Source: the human T2T-CHM13v2.0 reference genome, Homo sapiens. From it: a stretch of DNA of 64,000 nt. The position numbers were made by a program, and so were the translations under genes. The notes beneath the pieces are model-generated. The model was not told where the DNA came from. It ran no database searches and worked only from the letters and a program-made list of their open reading frames with translations. Each line of letters begins with the position of its first letter. Position 1 is the stretch's first letter. Below are positions 55,806 to 64,000 of the stretch, piece after piece. The stretch lies in assembly GCF_009914755.1 (NCBI RefSeq), contig NC_060926.1; one strand, written 5' to 3'.

Positions 55806-56417
55806 TAGCCAAACCCTATTGTTAAAAAATGTTAGGCCCAATGCACTGAGTCTGAAAATGATCGTGCAAATGGGTCATTTGCCAGGAGGAGAGAATATTG
55901 CCAAGTAGTTCAGGCCATGGGCAGGCCTGGAATGGATTCTTGACCTGCTTGTTTCCTCCAAATCTCAGTTTCTTCATTTGCAAAATAGAAATAATAGTAA
56001 CATTTCTTCACAGGGCTGTTGAGAGAATTAATGATATAATGCATATAGAGTACATAGTATGTGGTATCTAGGAAACATTCAGGAAATGTTTAAATTTACA
56101 AGAATTTCTAAGACGATACCCAAAGTACCCCTCTCTGGACAACAACACTAAAGTCACACACACCACTTAACAAATGAGAACACAAGAACATGCAAGTTTT
56201 TAGATTTTTCCCAAGGCAAGAAAACAAGCACTGGTGCAGATGTGGAAAGAATGTTTTCAGTCTACTGCCTACCTGTGATAACCCAAAAAAGAAGTCATTA
56301 TTAAACAAGCAATTGCCTTTGTTTTATTGTTTTTCCAAATAAATTCACCCATGTTGAACCTAAAAGCCAGCCACATGTGACTCCCCACGTCCTCCAGCCT
56401 TGCTGTATAACCCTTAC

Positions 56418-57060
56418 CTGTAATATGTGCATTAAGAGACAGGTTCAGCTCCAAAGCAGAGAGACACACAAATACCATGGCTCAAAATAAATAGACATTT
56501 ACTCCACCCTCATGGCAACAGTCTGGAGGTGACACAAGAGGTTAGGTAGCTCAGCTCGACAGGAGCATCCAGGGACTCAGGCTCTTTCTGCTTTGTTGTT
56601 CTGCCATCTCCTGAGCTCCCTGAACCAGCAGGACCAGCATCACTCAAGAACTAGTTAAATATGCACATTTCTGGGATTCTACCTCAGACTTACTGAATCA
56701 GAAATTCTGGGGGCCCAGCCATCTGTGCTTTAACAAGCCTTCTAAGTACTGTCGTTACCCAAGTAGTCAAAATGAACTTACCGCCATTTCCATGTTCTAG
56801 ATCATGGAAAGGTAGAAAAGAAGAAATGAAAGACAAATCATTTCCTTTCAAGGAAGTAAAAGGGAAACTGCACATGTTGCTCATTCTGTTCACTCTTCCT
56901 TGGCAAGATGCATGGTCAAAACGATACATCCAGCTGCAAGGCAAATGCAGTCCCCAGCAGCATAGTTATGGCAAACTGGAGGAATTGGGCGGGGGGCGGG
57001 TTCTATTAAAACCAAGAATAGATATTGGGGAAGGGGGACAATTAGAAGTCTCTACAACAG
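56418..57060 (-). mobile_element. MLT1J/K-like LTR with a MER5A insert (about 56600-56750)
   Basis: catccagggactcaggctctttctgc; ctgcaaggcaaatgcagtc; MER5A ctcagacttactgaatcagaaattctgg. Confidence 0.65.
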
Positions 57061-58049
57061 TATTTAAATGGAAATGGGTACAGTCTCCCACCCCCGCACA
57101 CAGAGGAAACTCAGTATCACTGGTACCTCTCAGAGGTTGCATTATTCCCTTGACACTTCTAGATTTGATTTCCTCCTTCCCCTGAATAATTATCTTACTT
57201 AAGTCAATCCTCCCCTCGTATCTTTCCTTCATTTTCCCCAAAATCCTTACATGAGAGTACTTACCTGGAACAATGATGGTGAAGGGATATTACTGCCCAG
57301 CAGATCATTTAAAATCAAATCTGAGACCCCTTTGTTCTAAAGACCTCCTTACCCTTTCCAACAAGAACCTCACCCTGCTCAACTTTCTTACCCTTCCCAT
57401 CTTTCAGCTCCTTACCCCTCACTTCTGAACTGCCCATGGGAATCTAAAATGGCTGCCAGCTCCTTTTAAAGAGAAATAATTCTTATCTCCACTATGCCAG
57501 CAGGGGCAAGGAGGCAGGGTGAGCAGGAACACCCTCTCATACCTGAAGAAGTTAATAGCAAAATTTTCTAAACAAAGGCAAATCTCATCCTCTCTTACCA
57601 GGTTTAAAACAATACAATTTTTTCCTCCACCCAGAAACAGGCCATGGTGCCACCCTGCATTGAAGTCAATCAAATCAAAAAGTCTTAGAAGAAGGGATTA
57701 TGTAATTGTTTCAGAGGTTAGTTTTCTATTATTTAAAATGGGTTCTTCAAAACTAAATCTTAAGTATGAAATGGCACTGATGTACTGAAGCATCATTTCT
57801 AGACAAGAATTCTCTCTCCTGCTCTTAATTAAGGTTTTTTTCCCTTAATTACCAGAGGGGAGAAATGTTTAGTTATTTGAAATCTTAAAAGTAGATGGTT
57901 AAAAAGTTGAAACAGTACAATTAAGTACAAAATCAAAAGGAAAAATCTCCCTCCCTATTCTATTTCTTCCCAAAGGTTACTTTGTTAGCAACTGCTTGTG
58001 TATCCTTCTGGGGGGGAAAAAGTTCTTATTATAATGATGAATATGTCTA

Positions 58050-58295
58050 AGAAGGTACTGAATGCTTAACCCATGCTAGGCACACTGTACTAAGCGTTTT
58101 GCATAATAAGCCTGTAATCCTCCCAACAACCCTATGACATGAGTACTATTATTCTTAGCCCTGATTTTACAGGTGAAGAATCTGAGGCACAGCGAGAGAC
58201 GTAGGCAACTCACCCAATGTCACACACTAAGCAGTAGAGATAAGAATCAGCCCATCCAGGCAGACTCCAGAGCCCAACCTCTTCAGCACCATGCT
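58050..58295 (-). mobile_element. MIR
   Basis: aatcctcccaacaaccctatga...attttacaggtgaagaatctgaggcacag...gactccagagccc. Confidence 0.85.
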
Positions 58296-58767
58296 TAGTG
58301 GGATCTTCTCCACCCAGTGAACCATACATTTCTCAAAGTAAAGCCATTGAGCCACTTACTCAAGGGATCCCAAGGTATCTGTTTAAGAGATGTTCTCCCT
58401 CTCATCTATGCATAGCATTCCTAATTTGTTCCCTGCCCAAGAATTTAAAATATATATTTAAAAGAAAAATACAAAATGGAAAGAAGCTTATGGAAATAGA
58501 GATCAGACCCAAGGAACAGCAAGAGATGGGCTGGAGTAGCCCTTTCCCTCACTTTCCCTGTGTCATCTCTCCTAAGGAAGCACTGGTATGAGCATTTCCA
58601 GGGAAACAGATGGAAGAGGGAGGGAACAGAAGTGGGAAGTGGGTTCTTTCAGCCTAGAAGAGAAGCTGGTGGGGCATCTCCCAGGGAAGTTCCATCTAGG
58701 GAGAAAAGGTGGCTCCACAGAGGTGTCCTGATTCCAGATCCCAGAGAAAGGACTTGGAATGAGCAGA

Positions 58768-59283
58768 GTCAAAGCAAAGTTGCACCAGTGTTTAAAAGGC
58801 AAGGAAGACTTTATTCAAGACTATTGCAAGAAGGAGAACGATGACCTCAACTGCTGAAACAAAAGGCAGGAGAGGTGTTGAGTACTGGGGTGAATTCATG
58901 CAAATGTATGGGAGGGGCTTGAAGCAGGTTAGTGATGAGATTAATCTGAGTTTGTTAACTGACACTTATCATAGTTAGTCTCCTATGTTCCCACCAAGAC
59001 TGGGAGATGGGGCACTATCTTTCTTGATGACTATATAGCAAAGGGATGGTATCATCAGTCCCAGAAAAAGACATCTGGATTGAGCAAATAAGTAATTACA
59101 AGCAAATTACTGGCTTATAAAACTGGCAGCAGGGACAAGAGTTACATCTCAAAGGAGCAGAGAAAGAATTTACATTAAGTTTTCTAAAGTAAGTCCTCTA
59201 AGAAAATGCAAATCTGGGGCCTAGAATCCTCAGGAAAAAGGTTGTTTATAACAAACTGAGAGGACCTTAAACCCACCTTGGTT
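58768..59283 (-). mobile_element. MER67-like ERV1 solo LTR
   Basis: ggcaaggaagactttattcaagactattgcaa (antisense AATAAA region); agttttctaaagtaa; gactgggagatggggcactatct. Confidence 0.8.
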
Positions 59284-59959
59284 GGCAGGCTCCTGTTCAG
59301 TGACTAGGGTCCTCTGGATGTTTTGCAGGCTAGCCCTGAAGCCCAGATCTGCAGCAACTTTCCCTCTGTGCCCACTGAAGCAGTTCAAAGTTGATTTTTT
59401 CCTTTTGTTGTAAAATTAGCCCCTGTTTTTGGAATGTGATTTTTTCCCCCTTTAGCTTTGGCTTTCTTCCCTCTCCTTTGGCATCTAAACTTTTAGGTTT
59501 TGAAAATCATTTCATTTAAAGAGACAGAATGGAATAGTGAAGCTTTCATAATCAGTTCTCTGTACTGCACCAACTTAGCTGACTTTGCATTTTTTAAACG
59601 CTGCTTGGCTTCCTGCAGAGGCAAGATAGCAAACATTTAAACAAGGCTGTTGCTAGTGGGCTTTTTTCTACTTAATTCCAGGCAGCTTTCACCTGGATGG
59701 TTTAGGTATCGTTCTACTCGGAGACAAGACTCTCCAATGGGTGACCCTCAGCTACAAAGATGCTGCAACAGTGTCAACAGCAATTCATGCAGAAAGGAGA
59801 AGAAATTCTACTTAAAGCAATACTAGGAGCACAGTTCACAGCCTTGACAATAGACAGTGCCTGTGTCTACCTCTGGAAAAGAAAGTCATTCATCTAAGCA
59901 TCTTCAAGGGAGACTTCGTCAAAGCTTATTAAATTCCTTTCTGCTGGGATAGAAAGTTC

Positions 59960-60708
<749 letters not shown>

Positions 60709-60984
60709 CCACATGCCTTCTGGGCATTTGCCTACATCTCTGGGCCCCCTTGCCTTTAGGGCAGACCCAGAGACAGCCCAGGCAGCCACTTGTTTCTCCT
60801 GAACTAAGAGCTATCCCCAGGGGCTGCCCTATTGGCAGGGTGGTGTCGACCTTCAACGCAGAACCTTGCCTGCAGCAGAAAAACAGTTTCTGGTCTCTGG
60901 AGACATCTCTGGTGAGCTTTCTGTGTGCAACCAGCACCCCCTTTTCTTCTCCTGATTTGTAGGCCTCTTTGGAGGTCTCATTGA

Positions 60985-62195
60985 CCATCTTACCAGTACA
61001 AAAACTGAAAACTAAGGAATATATGTTTATACAGGATTTAAGGGCCATTAACCAAACCCTCAAAGACATCCATCTGGCAGTCCCCAATCCTCACACACTA
61101 CTCACAACTCTCATCAGTGAGTTTTGCTGGTTTTCAGTCTTAACACCTAAAAAGGTGCCTTCTTGTATATTCCTCGAGTCCAGAATCCCAAGAACTATTT
61201 GCCTGTAAATAATAAGACCTTGACACACAAGCTAAACAGTATTGCTACACAATACTTCCCCGAGGCTTTAAAAACTCACCAATCATTTTGAGAAAAATAC
61301 TTGTTAAAGACCTTCAAGAAGTCAATTTAAAAATGAGATTTTGTTACAGTGTGTTGAGGACATATTAGTAAACAACAGAAACTCTGACCAGAATACTACA
61401 GCTGACTAGATGCAGATGTAAGGTATCCAAGAAAAGACCCAGATCTCAAAACCCTTCAGTTAGGTATCTTAGACTTAAACTTTCTCAGGCACAGAAAAAA
61501 ATCTACTTCAAGATGGAGAAAAGCTCTTTTCATTGTGGCCAGACCCACAACACGGTGACATGGTGACACTGTGAGGGTTTTTAAGTATGACTGGATTTTG
61601 CCCATATTTAGATTCCCAATTTTGGCCTTACAGCAAAACTTCTCTATAAAACCACCCCCTGCCACCAAAAAAAAGATACTGAACCCCTGGAGTAGACTGG
61701 AAAATGTCAAAAGATCTTTCTAACCATTAAAAATATATATATTAACAACTCCAGCGTTGAGAGTCCCTAACCTAAGAAAACTGTTTGACTTGTTCATACA
61801 CAAGACACAAGAAATGAGTTTAGGGATGTTAATGACTTAAAAAATATCAAGAGCCCTGTAGCCTACTTTTCAAAACAACTAGACATTGTCACAAGGGATT
61901 GACCTTCTTGCCTCCGAGCCATTGCCACCATTTGTCATCTTCTCCAAGGAGACAGTAAAGTCCACACTGGGTCAACCTACCCCAGTACACACCACACGAC
62001 CTGTACCCCCTTTGTTAGAACAGAAGGTGGGGCCACTGGTTTACTTCTAAACGGTTAGACATCTGTCAGGCCATCCTCCTGAAAAATCCCAATGTTACTT
62101 TAAAAATTATCTTCACTCCAAACCCCACTACCTTACCTCCCCAAACCATGGCTGAACCTATACATGATTACTTAAAAATTATTAAGCAAGTTGTA
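60985..62195 (+). pseudogene. pol: Degenerate ERV1 (gamma-like) pol: reverse transcriptase and tether remnant
   Basis: ILPVQK..EYMFIQDLRAINQ..VPNPHTLL..WFSVL; LPRGFKNSP (61255-61281); LLQCVEDIL (61341-61367, decayed YVDD); PVAYFSKQLD; multiple stops and frameshifts. Confidence 0.92.
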
Positions 62196-62258
62196 TATTT
62201 CTCCTTCAGATCCTCCTTACCTGAAAATGCAGGGTGGTTTTTACCAACACTGTGGGGC

Positions 62259-62279
62259 ACCCCTGCCATCTAGTGGTAA
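62259..62279 (-). promoter_or_regulatory. Candidate CTCF binding site
   Basis: Minus strand ttaCCACTAGATGGCAGgg closely matches the CTCF core CCASYAGRKGGCRS; motif only, no binding data. Confidence 0.65.
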
Positions 62280-63207
62280 CACTAAAAATGACAATCATAC
62301 TTTTCTAACCGGAATTCGGCACATGTGTTTGATATTCAGTCTTAGGAAAAGATTCAATTTTCATTTAGTAGTGATAAGTAATTAAGTCAATTTCATGAAA
62401 GCCACTTGACCTGTGGCAAGTTTGTTTCAAATTTTTCCCCAACCCAACCAACACCATTCAAGATTATTGACATTTTTCACTCTCTTAGGTTCATAGACTC
62501 ACTTTCTGGTATCATTGCCAGAAAGAACATTAGGCACTCATGGAATTTTCCCTCCTCATTTTATAGAAAAGGAAATCTGTCTTTGGACTGAGGCCACTTT
62601 TTTTCATCAACAATACCGTTCTACTTTCTAGAAATGTCCTACCAAGAGGCTCTGAAGCTAGCATCCAGATCTACATTAAGAGACAAGTCAAACCAAGCAA
62701 CATTTGAGATCAGAATCTTCGAAAGTCATCTTTGGCATGGTTTAATAGTGCAATGCCATTAAACTTCCCCATATAACTGGTAAAGTGTAAACTGAGTCCA
62801 CTCCTGCCATAAGAAACTCCTTGCTTTAAGATTTCAAATACCGCTCACCAGATCCATCCTGTATCTGTGGGTGTTCTTACAAGCTGCATTACAGATTGAC
62901 AGGCCATGCCTGACACCAGTCAGCCATCAGTCATCTGAAGTTGGACATCACAGTCAGTTGAAGTTCTGAATTAACAACTGTTGAATCTGAGTGATGGGTA
63001 CATGCAGGTTCATTGCTCTACTCAACCTACTTTTGTGTATATATCAAACTCTCTCTAGTAAAAATTTTAAAAGAAAAAAAGAGGGGGCCTTTGCCACCAA
63101 GAAAAGGAAAAAGATGAATTTCCCCCAGCCCCAACAATCAATACTAATCAGAGGTACTGATTGTTTCAAACTCAGGCTACACATTAACATCTTTTAAAAT
63201 ATATCAA

Positions 63208-63510
63208 TCAGAGGTGCAGTAGCTCATACCTGTAATCCCAATACTTTGGGAGGCCAAGGAGAGAGGATCTCTTGAGGTCAGGAGTTTGAGACTAGCCTAA
63301 ACAACATAGCGAGACCCTGTCTCTGCAGAAAATTAAAAAGTTAGCTGGATGTGGTGGCTCCCACCTGTAGTCCCAGCTACTCAGGAGGCTGAGGCAGGAG
63401 GATCCTGGAGCCCAGGTGTTTGAGGCTGCAGTGAGCTGTGATTGCACCACTGCACTCCAGCCTGGGCAACACAGTGAGATTCTGTTTCAAAAAATAAGTA
63501 AATAAATAAA
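63208..63510 (+). mobile_element. AluJ, followed by a MER5-type relic (about 63510-63652)
   Basis: J-type gaggcaggaggat..gagcccagg..tttgaggctgcagtgagctgtgatt. Confidence 0.92.
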
Positions 63511-64000
63511 ATTTAAAAATTGTAACCATCAATCCCAATCATAGGCCCTGCTCTAGACTGATCAAATCTGAATTTGTAGGAATTGAGCCCAAACACAGGA
63601 TTTTTAAAGGTCTCTAAGGGATTCTAATATGGAGCCATGGTTGACAACCACAGATAAATATAATCTTAACTCCTTGTTGCTTTTCATGCCCTGTTTGGAT
63701 GTTTTAACAGTTAGAAATGTGGCAAGAAACAGAACTCACCCTGTATGGGACTAACCATAGAAATGTAGACAGGATAAAAGAATGAACAGGCACCCAACAG
63801 GAAGCCATTAATTTCCCTAGAGATGAAGGGCTCAGCGATAGTAGCATTACCAGAGTGTAGTGAGGGCAGAAGTTGTGAAAAAACCCTAGTCCTGGATGTG
63901 ACAAGGGGCCAAAGCAGAGAGGCAGCAGTGACAAGTGCCCTGACCTCCCTCTCCTCCACCACCCAGGCTGCCAGGGAAGCCTGGAGTGACACACTCTCTG

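Noticed and set aside
60969-61208. Retroviral RT ORF as an active gene
   Set aside because: Frameshifts and stops follow, and the catalytic YVDD has decayed to CVED

Overview
This window is human (hominid) genomic DNA: AT-rich, CpG-depleted and dominated by interspersed repeats. I recognise no protein-coding gene, RNA gene, CpG-island promoter or CRISPR array. The ORF-track entries are repeat-derived or chance ORFs. The main elements are a full-length SVA_F-type retrotransposon (25529-28231, perfect 15-bp TSD) inside an old MLT1 LTR, and a 5'-inverted, tail-less L1PA3-like insertion in a MIR (18765-20587). There is also an L1PB carrying MSTA and THE1B LTRs, an L1MD/MC remnant with a MER1A and a displaced copy of the L1/MER1A junction, and a nested inverted Alu cluster in an MLT1F. 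The right end holds a deleted ERV1 provirus (LTR26-like LTR, tRNA-Arg PBS, RT remnant) followed by a strong CTCF motif. A few minus-strand splice signals hint at a non-coding transcript, but this is unproven. I found no convincing novel biological system. The most interesting signals are unusual retrotransposition and repair scars. Subfamily names come from my recall of consensus sequences, not from a RepeatMasker/Dfam run, and the boundaries of old repeats are approximate.
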